From assembly GCF_031769215.1 (NCBI RefSeq), contig NW_026782376.1, positions 1,302,001 to 1,366,000 on the forward strand: DNA of 64,000 bases. Direction: 5' to 3'. The stretch comes from Ylistrum balloti (Eukaryota). Under the pieces are notes generated by a model. The model saw only the letters and a list, made by a program, of their open reading frames with translations, made no database searches and had not been told where the DNA came from. Both the position numbers and the translations under genes were made by a program. Position 1 is the stretch's first letter, and each line of letters opens with the position of its first letter. This document shows, piece after piece, positions 1 to 32,500 of this stretch.

Positions 1-171
1 GAAATCTCGAGAGTTATAGCACAAACAACAACAGCCTTCATGCTTACATTGGCACAAAATGAAACACAAGGACTTCTTTCCATATATGAATCACATTTGC
101 ACTTTGTGGTCCCATGGATTCCTTGGACCCTCTGTGAGGTATATTCAATTTTTGGTTTTAGCTGTCACAAA

Positions 172-19911
<19,740 letters not shown>

Positions 19912-20256
19912 ACTAATACCTAGTTTTAAAATGATAGTGATTCTAACTAAAAGTGTCATATGTTAAATGTCCCAAAAAGTTACCAACGTGACAACTCAAC
20001 CGGAAGGAATCGTCTTCTTACTTTTTCTTCATTTTCGCGTCTTTTTCTATTTTTCCGCACATTGAGATAGAAACAAAGCTAGCAATATTTGTTTGGGGAA
20101 AATTTTATGACCAGACTACATCACCATTCGTATAATTCTAGCTTCTACATTTCGTCAGAAACATTGAATTATATAAATTCGTTGGTCTTTAATTTTCAAT
20201 TTAATGACATACACAAAGTGAAAGTAGAATACGAAACTTCATTACAAGTCATAAAA
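19912..20256. promoter_or_regulatory. Probable bidirectional promoter, DDX43 / MRGBP
   Basis: Divergent ATGs 345 bp apart, CpG present, ETS-like CCGGAAG at 20000-20006. The TSSs are not known. Confidence 0.6.
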
Positions 20257-23200
20257 ATGGCGGACGCAGAAACGGTGGAGATGGAAGTCAGTCTTTTCCA
20301 TGCAATGAGAAGGCACAAGCCTGTAGGTAAGGAAATATTTGTACCGGTTTGATAGTTATTAGCTTTCATACTTATTTTATTTTATGTTGCTCCAGTCCCA
20401 GGTGATATTTGAGAAGTAAATGAAACCAAAAACTCACAAAGCGCCAGATCGTTGTATCATAACGAGTGTTCATTGCTATCATTGCTGATGTTTAAACAAC
20501 TGTACAATACGTTGCATTTCTGTGATACTGTAAATACCAAAACCTTACATCATACAAATTTTCATATTGAAAGCACGTGTACAGAATACTCTTATGATTT
20601 GACTTATTCATTTTAACTTTAGTGATTACCTCCCTTGGAGTAATTCTGCGACCTGTATAAAAATTCTCTTTTAGAAACTTTTACAATCAACTTCAATACA
20701 ATGACTCCCAATAAAATGTGCAAATTAAACATAAGTACACTAGATTAGATGATGTTTGGATATTAGAACTTTGATTTTTCAAATAAATTGAAAGCGAAAA
20801 TAAATTCTTCAATAAGTTTAAAAATGGTTGATATTAAATGATTTTGAAATATATCATTGTTAGGTGAAAAAGGCTATGACAAAAATCCTTTGGATCTAGA
20901 AAACCTGAAATCAACACATTGACCTAGTTTGCATTGCATCCACGAGTATTGAAATGTAAATAGGTTTGGAGATAGTTTTACAACCACTCAATAACTTGAG
21001 TGAAAAACACACTTATGGTGAAAAATGCTTTATATCTAATTACAATATTGTAGATATTGCAATACAGCATGTCTTAAATGATTATTATAATATAAAAAAA
21101 ACCATTCAAGATGTATTTGGATGTTGTGTAATACTAAAGCAAGTCGAGCAAAGATGAAAAATCCTTCAGGAGCCACTGTAGTCTGAAGGGTTCAAGACAA
21201 AATAAAATCATGGATAGTTAGTCAGAACCCTTCCAGCTGGAGCCACTCCTGTCCAGCTCTTCAAGCTTGTATGTAAAATAAAGCTACTGAACTACTCTTA
21301 ATATGTTGCTGTGCTCAAACATTCAGATACCTAAATTAAAAAAAGAAAGAAATTGGGCAAATATATGTACATACAAACTGTTGGCCTAAATATCAAGGTT
21401 GCAGTTGGTGTACATGTAAGCAAAGAAAATGGTGTTCAACTAAGAGTCAATACTTTATTACATGTATGTTGATTCAAACATCTTATTAATAAACCTTTAT
21501 AATAGTATACTTTGAACATCATTGGACCTTCAATTAATTTCAGGTGTTAATCGACATTTCCAAATGCTTGTCATCCATGATAAGCTAAATAACTCCTTCA
21601 GCAGAAAAGTTACATCTAAGCAAATATGGACTCGGCTTTTCACCATGTATGACCTAACAGCTCTGGTAAGTAGGCCTCCTAAGATTGTATGCTTCCCAAG
21701 TAGGAGGTCTGTCAGCTTCATATTTTCAAAAGAGTGTCACATTGAGAGCAAAATTCCTGGTGGTTGAAATTTGACAAATTTATCTGTTTTCCTTTTCATA
21801 AATCTTACTTGAGGGTGATCAGTATAAAAGGCAACCTGTCTATGAATATCACTTTTCTCTTCACCTTTGAGTGCTCATTATGGATAGGATTGACGATTAG
21901 TGTAACTGTGATGAGATTTTTAAAATATTCTTCCATCATGTCTTGTTTTCAGATTATAAATTGATGTTGTCAAGAGCATGTTTGAAACATCAATTTAAGT
22001 TGCACAAATTGGTAGTACATTTTTAGACAATTGTGAATTAATAATGTAAATTATGATTTTATTGAAGAAAACAATTACAAATCCCAATCATAATATCTTT
22101 GTACATTTAGCTTGTAAGATGTAGAAAATAAGGCCATCACTTTCAGAATATTATTATGAAGTTTCAAATTAGAAATTAGTTTTAAAAAATCTTGCAGTAG
22201 AAAATCTAAGTGCTTTATATACAATAAACAGCCAAACCATTACAGAAATTGTGGCAACGGTAAACTGTACATCTTTTTTCTGGTTGAAATAAAAATATGA
22301 AAACAAGAAAAAGATAACAAAAAGTGATAAATTAAGAAAAAACAAGTGAAAAATCCAAAAGCCAAACAGGGGAAATGAAGAGCTGTTCACATATTTTTAT
22401 TGTTTAAAATGTATTTTTCAGAATGAATCAGAGATTTTGCCATTTCCAAACAAAGATATAGACTTTGCCTTACCAGGTGAAGATTTTTCAGATCTTTTTA
22501 ACAAAGAGTTTCCAAGATCTCATTCCACCTCACATAGATCCCTGGATGACAGTAAAAGTGACAAGTCTGATGCTTCTTCCAAAGACACCCATGTTTCAGG
22601 TTGGTTTCATTTCAAATATTTTAATATTGTATTTATTTAGCATGAAGCCCTTGCTTGCTAATATTCCCATCCAGATGTATAATCTATTCAGTAAAATTAC
22701 AAATAATTACAAATTCATTGTCCCGAGTTTAGTCAGTATGTTGACCTTCTGGTCTTGTTTCAGGCAAAACAGGATACAGGTTATCATTTCAAATGGAAGT
22801 GGCTCAAGAAAAGGGCCCACAGCATGCTTTTTAAAATACTTAACATAAATATCATTTCTGTTTTAAATGTGAAAGTTCGTCTTAAGCATAGGTAGTAAAA
22901 TGCCATTTTTGGGAATTGACCATGAAGAAGCTTTGAAATTTAACAAAACCAAAGGCTTGTTAATTTCAAAATTCTTGGTTTGGTTTTTGTCATGACCTTA
23001 ACTCCTGAACTTTAAAATCATTTTCTCTCATTCAGATCGCTAGAAATAGGCCTGAAAACATGAAAGGTCATCTAAATACTTAAAGGCTTTTTCTCCGCTG
23101 ATAAGATGAAAACAGTTGCAAATATTGACAAGTAAATGATAATCTAAACTTTATTTCTTAAAGTAACAAATTAATGCTATCCATATTACTGTAACTGTAA

Positions 23201-23667
23201 GAGTACAGACAAACCTTGTTATCTCTGAAAACTTTGAGTTATCTGATGATTCAATCTTTAAATAATGTCAAATGTTTCATGTAAAATTTGGCCAGAACCA
23301 ACAAAATACTTCAAATTATACAGGGTCTTTGAGTTATAAGAGATAATAAGGTTTGACTGTATTGCATTTTATTTTGATGTATCAATTTTAATATCTTCTC
23401 TTTATGTGAAAAAGCATTTTTGATGGTGATATACAGATATACTGTTGAGTGCTAGCGGGCACTATATTACAATAGTTTCTTTTCTTTTCAGTTTCAAAAC
23501 TAACAAAAGCAGAAAAACATGAATCAAAGCCAGAAAATAAACATACAAGTAATGTGTTACATGGAAACACTCCTGAAAATTCTCCAAAACGGAAACGTAC
23601 ACGACAGACCCATTCTACTCACACCAGCCCTGCTACTCCAGAAGTGCCAAGTAAACGCAGGCGATGA
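20257..23667 (+). CDS. MRGBP: MRG/MORF4L-binding protein (Eaf7 family, NuA4/Tip60 subunit)
   Basis: Exons 20257-20326, 21544-21665, 22422-22599, 23492-23667, GT-AG and in frame. Translation EVSLFHAMRRHKPVGVNRHFQM...QIWTRLFTMYDLTALNESEILPFPN matches the Eaf7 domain; basic C-terminus PKRKRTR...PSKRRR. Confidence 0.9.
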
Positions 23668-24772
23668 CAAGAGATTCAGACATTCATGTGTGTCTCAGTG
23701 TGTCAGAAATGAGAGAAAATATTGAAAACAAAATGTAACTGTATGCATTGGATTATGTTAGGAGAATGTGATTTCAGAAAGGATGAGAATGAGATGCAAG
23801 ATAGGATTTGACTGTGAGACAGGATTTATAGACAGTATGTAATGTTAAATGCTTTGTGTGCTTTGTATTTCAGTACATGTATAAGGAATACCATAATTGT
23901 AAAAATTGCTAGAAATGAATTGTCTTTTAAAAAAATAGAAAAGATAAAACCAATTTAAAAGGAAAAAAAAAGAAAAAAAAAACAATAGATAAAAAAATTA
24001 ATAAAACTTTTAAAACAACAATCTACCTTTTAGTGTTTTTCTGACAATGGATCTAGATACGGTTAACCTTACACATACATCACTTTATGAGATGAATTCC
24101 TTGAGATGAAGTGGTAGAGGAAAGTGTACCGGTAATTGATTTGTGAAGAGACATTCCTTTCATTTCAAACTTTTGGAAAAGTAAGAAATTTGGGGCCATT
24201 GAAAAGGAAAAACAAACGAAAACAAAAACACTTGAAGTAAAAGTGAACATTTGGAAATTGGTACTAGTGATGTTTTGACGTGTGACAATATCCAGGGCAG
24301 ATCTTAAGACTGCATCCTCTCCCAGAGGACATGATATCTGAAAAGTGTGGACAATTTCTAAAACTAGATAAATATCGGGAAAACCAAGAATTAATTATTT
24401 GTCATAGAACATAATTTATGTCTAGTATAGAGGATTTCTGTCCTGCTCTAGATATAAATCTGATCTTTGTTTATATTCTATGTATAACATGTTCGACCTG
24501 AATGAGCTGCCATATTGGTCTCCATACTGTCCAATTAGTCACAAGTAAGGCAACGCCCATTCAAAGAGAGTAATATCAGTCATTGCAATATTGACAAACT
24601 AAACAGGATTGCAAACCCAAAATAAATGTAGTCAACAAACACTGATAATCACTGTTAAGTTCAATGTGACTTCATTATACATAAATAGGTAACACTCTTT
24701 GGTACTATAATCTATATTTACTGTACTTGAAAGGCCATCAAGTGGCCTATTTCAGATATAGAGACTTGTAAT

Positions 24773-24942
24773 AGGTCACACTTAAGTATCTTGTCACACC
24801 CTTTAGGTCACACTGAAGTATCTTGTCACTCCCTTTAGGTCACACTGAAGTATCTTGTCACTCCCTTTAGGTCACACTGAAGTATCTTGTCACACCCTTT
24901 AGGTCACACTGAAGTATCTTGTCACACCCTTTTGGTCACACT
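24773..24942 (+). repeat. 32-bp tandem repeat x5, followed by degenerate related units to about 25300
   Basis: Unit AGGTCACACTGAAGTATCTTGTCAC(A/T)CCCTTT. Downstream there are recurring TACTCC..ATAGGAGG.CAC.GTCTGGTGA motifs. Confidence 0.9.
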
Positions 24943-26939
24943 GGTGACTTTCACTCCATTTGTAAATTTAGTTCTTCCTCTCGGAGACCACAGTCTGGTT
25001 ACCTTCACTTCAATTGCAATCTATGTACTTCCTATAGGAGGTAACACTGATGACTTCAGTAGCTCAATGTACCCCATATATGGTCACACAGATGAATGCC
25101 AATCCAGTCCTAACTTAGACACTCCTTATAGGAGGCCGAAGTCTGGTGACCGTCACTGATACTCCCTTTAAAAGGCTAGTCTGATGAACTTCTCTTTATT
25201 AGTAATATAAATACTCCCAATAGGAGGTCACGGTCTCGTGACTTTTATTTCAATTTGAATCTAGGTACTCCCCAACATGAGGACACAGTCTGGTGAATTT
25301 CATTCTAACGTCACCGGAATGGTTAGTTTTTTCGTGAAAAAATCATTAAATAGTGTTTTTAAAAAGTTACGGTGTATTGCATGATGTACAAATGTCATTA
25401 TTTCTACCTGTAAACACCATAGGAATTTGTAAAATCTAGAGTTATTTCCCCTCTGAAAATCAAGGATTCTCATTGGCCGATCGTTTGTGACGTCATTTTC
25501 TGCCACCAAACATATATTCATTGTAGAGATTTAGAAGACTGTGTACGTTGAATCGGTTATATTCGATTAAAAAAACATGTCCATCACCATAAAATGCCTA
25601 AGAAAGTACATAACAGTTTGAGTCTCGAAGTAGCTAGACGATGTCCAGTAATAATTCATGAATTTTATCCTAGCCTGGCCGACGCCAGCAAAATATTTAG
25701 GCATACAACAGAATTTTGATGAATGATAACGCAAATTTAACATATCTTAACTTCAATCTATTCACATTTATATTTACATATGAGTGACAACTTTCGTTTT
25801 TTTCATATTCTATATTTTGTATGTTATTTGCTGCTGTTAAGTCCCAAATGCCCCGGACTACCGAAGTATAAACCTAGCCGTTGGGGTACTGTCGGTCAGA
25901 GAGGATTAGTGGGCGTGACAGAACACTAATTAGTTAATAGTTAATTGGGCTGTGATTTCATACGGATAATGCAGAAGGACAGCCAGTTTCATATGTATTG
26001 AACTTCAATATATGAATTACATAGCGAATGAACTCTCGACTCATATTTCAACAAGATATATCAAATAATTAGTTTTTCCCCCGCAAAAAAAAAACCAAAA
26101 AAAAAAAACTCACTATTTGATCGCCAGTTTTATTTCTGTACCAAAATGCGATATTTTGTGTTATTTTGCCACGTGCTTCACTTTTCTTATGCTTACTGAC
26201 ACTGTATTACATATATTGAATTCCTACTGTTTTTGTCAGTAAACACATGGTGTGTAGCTGTTTTGATTTACTTCTGTAATTTTATCGTGATTGAATGTTT
26301 CATTTGTAGATTGTTTATGATTGGTTATATACGTAAATCAACTCTACAGAGCGAATGTATTTTTATCTGTACATAAACGATTGTCAAAAAAATAAATATT
26401 ATAACTTGTATTCCACACGTAGGACAATAAACGTGTAACTATATATGTATCATACATGTATGATTAATATTCGGTGTTCGCCAGTTGTTATCCTAGAACA
26501 AGCAGACTTAAATCAAAAGCTACCTTATAGTCCAGTATTAACAGCACAAACAACATATTTGTTTGTACACATATACTTTTTCAAAGATAGCTTTGGATTC
26601 TTCATAAATGCAACCAACGAGCAGGGATCAATGTATACGTATTATCTGTCCCTGCAATAAGTAAACATTTTATAACATACTATGATAATGAAATATTTAA
26701 ATGTGTAAATGGTAGAATATATAACTATTCTGTCAGAAGTTTTATCTACATATTAGTTAATATAAGGGTTTATAATAATGGTACATTATTCACTCTCTAA
26801 GCCTGCTTATAAAAATATATAGGTACATAACACACCTTGAGACCACGTGGTGACCAAGGACATACACTTCTTTATTTATGACATAGAATCAGAATTGACT
26901 GAATCTAATTGTAACAATTATCACATTCAACTACTCAAT

Positions 26940-27700
26940 CTGTTTTAATTATGTATGTAGATAACAGAGTGTTATTCTCTGAAGATATCGATGAGCTTCA
27001 AAATAGTCGACTATTTAAACAGGTATTCGGATCGTTGGAATTTGACTGTAGATGTAGATAAAACTAAAATATTGGTATTAAGAAAGAGAATGTTATCAAA
27101 TGAACATATGAAATTTGATGGAAAGACGTACCGGGTAGGTGTGGTAGATCAGTTTTGCTATTTAGGCTTGATATTGAATTATAATGGTAAATTTGTTATT
27201 GCACATAATAATATTACTACACAAGACAAAAAACATACTTTCTGCTTTGTTGAAAGGTATAAACGTTTATCTCGAACGAAAAGACCAGGTTGGCATTATT
27301 TTATACTTATACATCACGTATTCTGGATTACGACTGTGGGGTCTGGTTGATTGTTATTAATTTTTCATGATGATATTGAAATGAACGATATTGATCTACA
27401 CGAGATATTTTTTTGTAAATTACACATACAACTACATCAATATCGAACCAAATGTAAATTGACTCACGAGACCCTAAAAAACTTCAATAATCATCAAAAA
27501 TATCTTTATTATCACCAACAGTCGTCAGTACTTGTCACCTTATTAATCCATAATCAATATGAGACTGGTACTCCTTTACAGGCCTTGAGCACATCACCAC
27601 GTATCAGAATACTATAAATGTTTGTAGCTTTAAATCTCTAAAAAAAGATATTACGCATATTTATCTACACCAGTTGCCTGATGTACCATATTAGAATATA
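26940..27700 (+). mobile_element. Old, degenerate non-LTR retrotransposon fragment (3' part of RT, CR1/L2-group-like)
   Basis: MYVDNRVLFSEDIDELQ (decayed YADD motif), frameshifting to YLNRYSDRWNLTVDVDKTKILV and FCYLGLILNYNGKF, then YDCGVW. Stops and frameshifts are present. Confidence 0.75.
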
Positions 27701-28029
27701 ATTAATACTTTACACTTCATTAAATATACACGCCTATACCCGTCCCAGACAAGTGGTTGGAGTTAGTTATTTTGTATTACATCTAAGAACTTTGTATACT
27801 GAGTATTTCATTGACTTTTATATTTCATACTGATGTTTACACCGTCATCTTGTATGTTAAGCTTTTCATTCACTTCTATATTTTACACCGATGTTTTACA
27901 CTGCCGGCTTGTATGTTGAGCTCCTTCCTGTTTTTTTTTTTTTTTTTACTCTCGTCACATTTTGGCCCTTACACATTATATCCATTGGTATCTCTATGTA
28001 AAATGTCACTGATATCTACTTGTTGTTCA

Positions 28030-28560
28030 TTACTGTTACGTTTGTAAGCCAGAATTGCATTTGAACGATGGCCAAGATTGTGTTAAACTTACACTCATTT
28101 CCCTTTCTGTTCCGCACCTCTCCCACAAAGACAGACAGGGCTTCATCCGATAAGGAATCAGACAGTCGTAGGATAGGACATGAAAACGATTGTACATTGG
28201 TCACTCTTTCTCCCTGTACTTGCCATCAGTTCAACAGGTTAATAGCCCCACCGAGTCTTACTCTCAGTTGTCGTGGACTTTCCGGCTCCTACCACATTTT
28301 GTAAATCTAATGTCTGCAATGGTGACCGGAAACGATTTTCAGAATTCTCCATTTCCATTGAACATCGCAAAAGATCATCAACATCAGCAATATCCGAAAT
28401 AACATTACTTTTCAGTTCAATGGATGCCAACTGTTTGACAACGTGTCTAAAATATCGCTTAGAATTCCTACAGTATCTGAACCGTTCCCTTTACGGCACC
28501 AAAAATGTTCCCTCCTTGTACAGATTGAGTAATAAATATGGAGTCGGAATCAGAAGACAA
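28030..28560 (-). mobile_element. Decayed 5' fragment of a Crypton-like (tyrosine-recombinase, DUF3504-associated) DNA transposon
   Basis: Minus-strand frames give SDSDSIFITQS, RFRSPLQTLDLQNVV...TESKTRW(A)INLLN*W and LSDEALSVFVGEVRNRKGNECKFNT. These resemble the RF.P / T..KT.WA.NLF..W / L..F..EVR...G.EY pattern of Crypton N-terminal domains, recalled and not searched. Confidence 0.55.
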
Positions 28561-28867
28561 TTCAAAATACACTCAGATTAAGAATCGAAAGAATATAATG
28601 ATATTCCACTTGAAAATCATGCATTTTTTTCTCTATGGTGTTCTGGTGTCTCAACTACACGCCTAAATTATTACGCTTAAGTGTAGCGTACACTTTTACC
28701 TTTACCTGTCCAATATGTTTCACGGTTGGATGATCATTTGCTGGCCAGTGTTTTTCATTTCATCATTCTTAAAACAAAGTACTATCCATTATTTTCACAG
28801 AGATGTTATGTTTTAAGTAGGAGAAAGGCCTGTACATTCTGAGACAGAAAGATCTCGGTCCTACGGA

Positions 28868-29018
28868 AGTGCACCTACCCTACCTTTTTCTACTGAAATT
28901 CTAAAAACTAATGATATTCAGCAAGTTAGTTTCGGACAGGTACGGCTATATCCCTCGAACTGTACGTACCAAATATTCCGCAGTCCAGCCTCGGTCCCAG
29001 TCTGTACCTGGTGTTTTT
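28868..29018 (+). repeat. About 150-bp interspersed repeat, copy 2 (inverted relative to 4664-4818)
   Basis: Direct alignment to the reverse complement of 4664-4818. Confidence 0.75.
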
Positions 29019-29517
29019 CTGGCAGGTTCAACCGGTGCAAACGCTTCAACTGCTTACGCGAAAGTTTTATGTTGATGTTCATACATTTAATGGTTTCGAT
29101 CTTTATCCATATACAATCATACAATCGTGTGTACAACTCGACAAAAGTTCAATAAAATGTATGCAGATCTAGATTTCTCTTTCAGGAACATCCATATACA
29201 TTGTACAGTATCACAATGTTTATTTAAATACATACAGATGCCACTGTGTTACTATGTATTGTGTCCTGAGGAATCTAAATAGTGTTTTCTTTAAGAAATT
29301 ACGACTTTATCAAAGAAATCATAACAACCGATTTAAATTTTTTTCTTTACCGAATGAATACCATACATTCGAAACATACATTCCACCGTGCTCCGATGCA
29401 CGTGTCACACGGGTAATAGCTACGAGCAGCGGTGTAAGAAGGAGCACGCGCGACTCGGCGTACATATATAGTCCATTTCTGTAGCTGTCGTCATCACCGG
29501 TCCGCCACAGATCAACG

Positions 29518-32500
29518 ATGTCTTCACAGTCCAGGTTCTTATGGATATTTGTACATGTTTCTTTAAATGTTAACTCTTAACAGAACAATATATGGGGATT
29601 AATACCTCTACTCTCTTCATTCTCCCACACCATTATGTTCACATATTCTACCGCATTGACAAATCAATAACGTGTCAGATCTGAAATTTGGCGGAACTTC
29701 TTGGAGTTAGGGTTGTTTTTATTTACACATCTGTTTTTTTTTTTTATTATTATTCTAGTAATTCTTCCATGAGCAATCCGTGTCATTTTGAGGTAGGTTT
29801 TCCTTGTAGTAGGTTGTGACTCCCCATTGAATACCATTCGGAATTTCCGCATGCTATCCAGGGTTTATACAATCGTGTACGGCACAACATGACGATCTAA
29901 GTTATCTGAGGAAATTTGAAATGTGATAACGCACAGAGGACTTAAATCGTCATCCTCTCCCCTTTTGTTTAGAACACTTTTCTTAATACAAAGCAAACTT
30001 TCTTCGGATATTTGCGATATGCTCGACATTGAACAGTCTTAGTACTGGGTTTGAGGCTATAATATCCATTTCTTTTTAGCAAAACGTTGGCAGGGAAGAC
30101 TCTATTCATAACAGGAGCCAGTCGTGGAATTGGGAAAGCTATAGCATTGAAGGCAGCGAGAGATGGAGCTAACGTTGTCATAGCAGCAAAGACAACAGAA
30201 CCACACCCCAAGTTACCAGGCACCATTTACACAGCAGCCAAGGAAGGTATCCCGGATTTTCATTAAACAGAAGTAATGTGATGTTTTCGTTTGACAACAT
30301 GTATCAGGATTTTGATTATGAATTATGATTTTGGCATAATAACGTTTTTTGCGCCGTTTACGGAAAGTCGGAATCTTCCGTCATTATTTTCGTTTCGTTA
30401 TTAAGGTTACCTGGACAGTGTAGGTCATGATGACCTATTGCGATCATTCTTCGTCTGTCGAAATGCATTAACTTTTTCTTGAGTACACGATAACTTGAGT
30501 AAATATTTGAAAATGGAACCGACTGGATATTTACAGTTATGGTTCTTTGCAGTTTATTTCCATTGGACCAACTGAACACGATAACTTCAGTAAATATGAA
30601 CAGTTTTTAATGAAGCTTGTTAAATAGCCTTTTATGAATAAGACCTCTGATACGTGCTTACAGAGTTATGGCTTTTTAACGATGGAAGTTTTTGGGGATC
30701 ATTCAGATAACCGTTTAGACCGATGGACCTCTTGCTATTAATGTCAAGGTTGAAACGCTTTACGTTGCGTCACATTACAGGATGTAAAAGTAGGTCACTG
30801 TCGCCCATTTTTCATGAATTTGTTTTTCATTACATATACATGTAGTACCCTAGCCTTTTCGTTTCATTATATATGCAACAGTGGAGGAAGCTGGAGGGGC
30901 GTGTCTAGCGTGTCAGGTGGACATCCGATATGAAGACCAAGTTAAGTCAGCCGCGGAGAAAGCAGTAGCAAAATTTGGAGGGATCGATATCCTGGTTAAT
31001 AATGCTAGCGCTATCAGCATGACCGGAACACTTGAAACCGAGATGAAGAAATTTGACTTGATGACGGAAGTAAATGGACGGGGCACGTTTCTATGGTAAC
31101 TACTAAAAAATATGATACCGTCCATACTAAATTACCTGTTTACATGACCAATTAAGTGGAATTTTACATAGAATATTCGTTCCGGGCGGTGTATGGAGGC
31201 TGGTACATGTCCGCTGATAAATAGCATCTTTTTCTCTCCATATCAATATCAACTTGCTTAAAGTCAGTATGACAATGAAAGATGAACGCACCAAGTGATA
31301 CTAACGCACAGGGCGTCACTGATCTGTGGCACTAAGACAATGAAAGATGAACGCACCAGGTGATACTAACGCACTGGGCTTCACTCATTATCAATCAATC
31401 AATCAATATATTTTATTTGAGTGTCACATATCACAGTACATAGTAATAAAAACAATATTGAACAGTTATTAATAAAAGTGATACCCAGCCGATATCGGCT
31501 TATGAGACACTATATAGTTAAGCATTAAAGTTATGGTTAAAACAATAAAAGTTACGATTATAATGTCCTGTATTGATAATTACATGTAGACCTAGTCAAA
31601 ATATACTGATATTTCCTACACAAGTGAGCGCCGGTACTTAAGCATTAAAAAGACTGTTTTGGCTAATAAAAACTGAATATCCGGCATCTCCATTAACCTT
31701 ACAAATTTTTCACACGAAGTTAATAAAAGAAAGTTTGGTAAAATGGCTGTAGCTTCATTAAAAACATCACTTCTAATTTCATTAAAAACTGGACAGTCAC
31801 ATAGAAGATGTATCTCGTCTTCGACTTGACCACTCTCACAATGTTTACACAGGCGGTCATCTAGAGGAATGTTTGTATATCGACCTGTCTCTATGGAAAG
31901 GGGGAGACAACCCAAACGAAGACGCGACAATGCACGACGATAATTTCTTGGAATAATAGACGTCACGTAACTATCGGATATCATATCTTTCTTAAAACGT
32001 CGATGCGTTCGCAGTTTGTTGCCATTTATTCCTTTATCTGTCCAGAGTTTTGTGAACCACACAGCTTCATCGTGGATACGAAGGCTTCGCCCGATGTTAC
32101 ACATTTTCCACCTATTACTATTAGCACTGTTTATGATATCTCTAATGTTAAGTTTTGATGCTAGGCGTTTAACTCTAGCTTCCCACGAGTTTCCTCTTCT
32201 TATAGACCATTTATGAATTTTGTGAAGAAGACGATATGCGTCCACATTTTGTAAACGAATGTATTGACGAAAAACCCCCATCCTTTGTTTTGTTACTAAT
32301 GAAGTCCATCCCATATCTCCTAACGAACCCAAGTTTGACGCACGTTTACCGACACATAAGAAGAGTTTCATGGCACGCGTTTGAATATTGTTCAATTTCC
32401 GATGCTCCGTATGTCCCCATACTGCAGCTCCATACAATAAGATAGGTTGTACAAGTGATTCAAAAAGTTTTGTAAATACCTTATATTCCATACCTCCTAC

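Noticed and set aside
29380-29465. Minus-strand signal-peptide-like mini-exon MYAESRVLLLTPLLVAITRVTRASEHGG with a GTATGT donor
   Set aside because: Its ATG is only 52 bp from the inferred HSDL2-paralog ATG, and no downstream exon was found. It is better explained as antisense reading of a GC-rich promoter, though stranded RNA-seq could revive it.
29969-30226. Near-identical ORFs MVPGNLGCGSVV... at 29969-30226 (-) and 52351-52545 (+) as a novel duplicated small protein
   Set aside because: They are antisense shadows of the homogenised HSDL2 exon 2.
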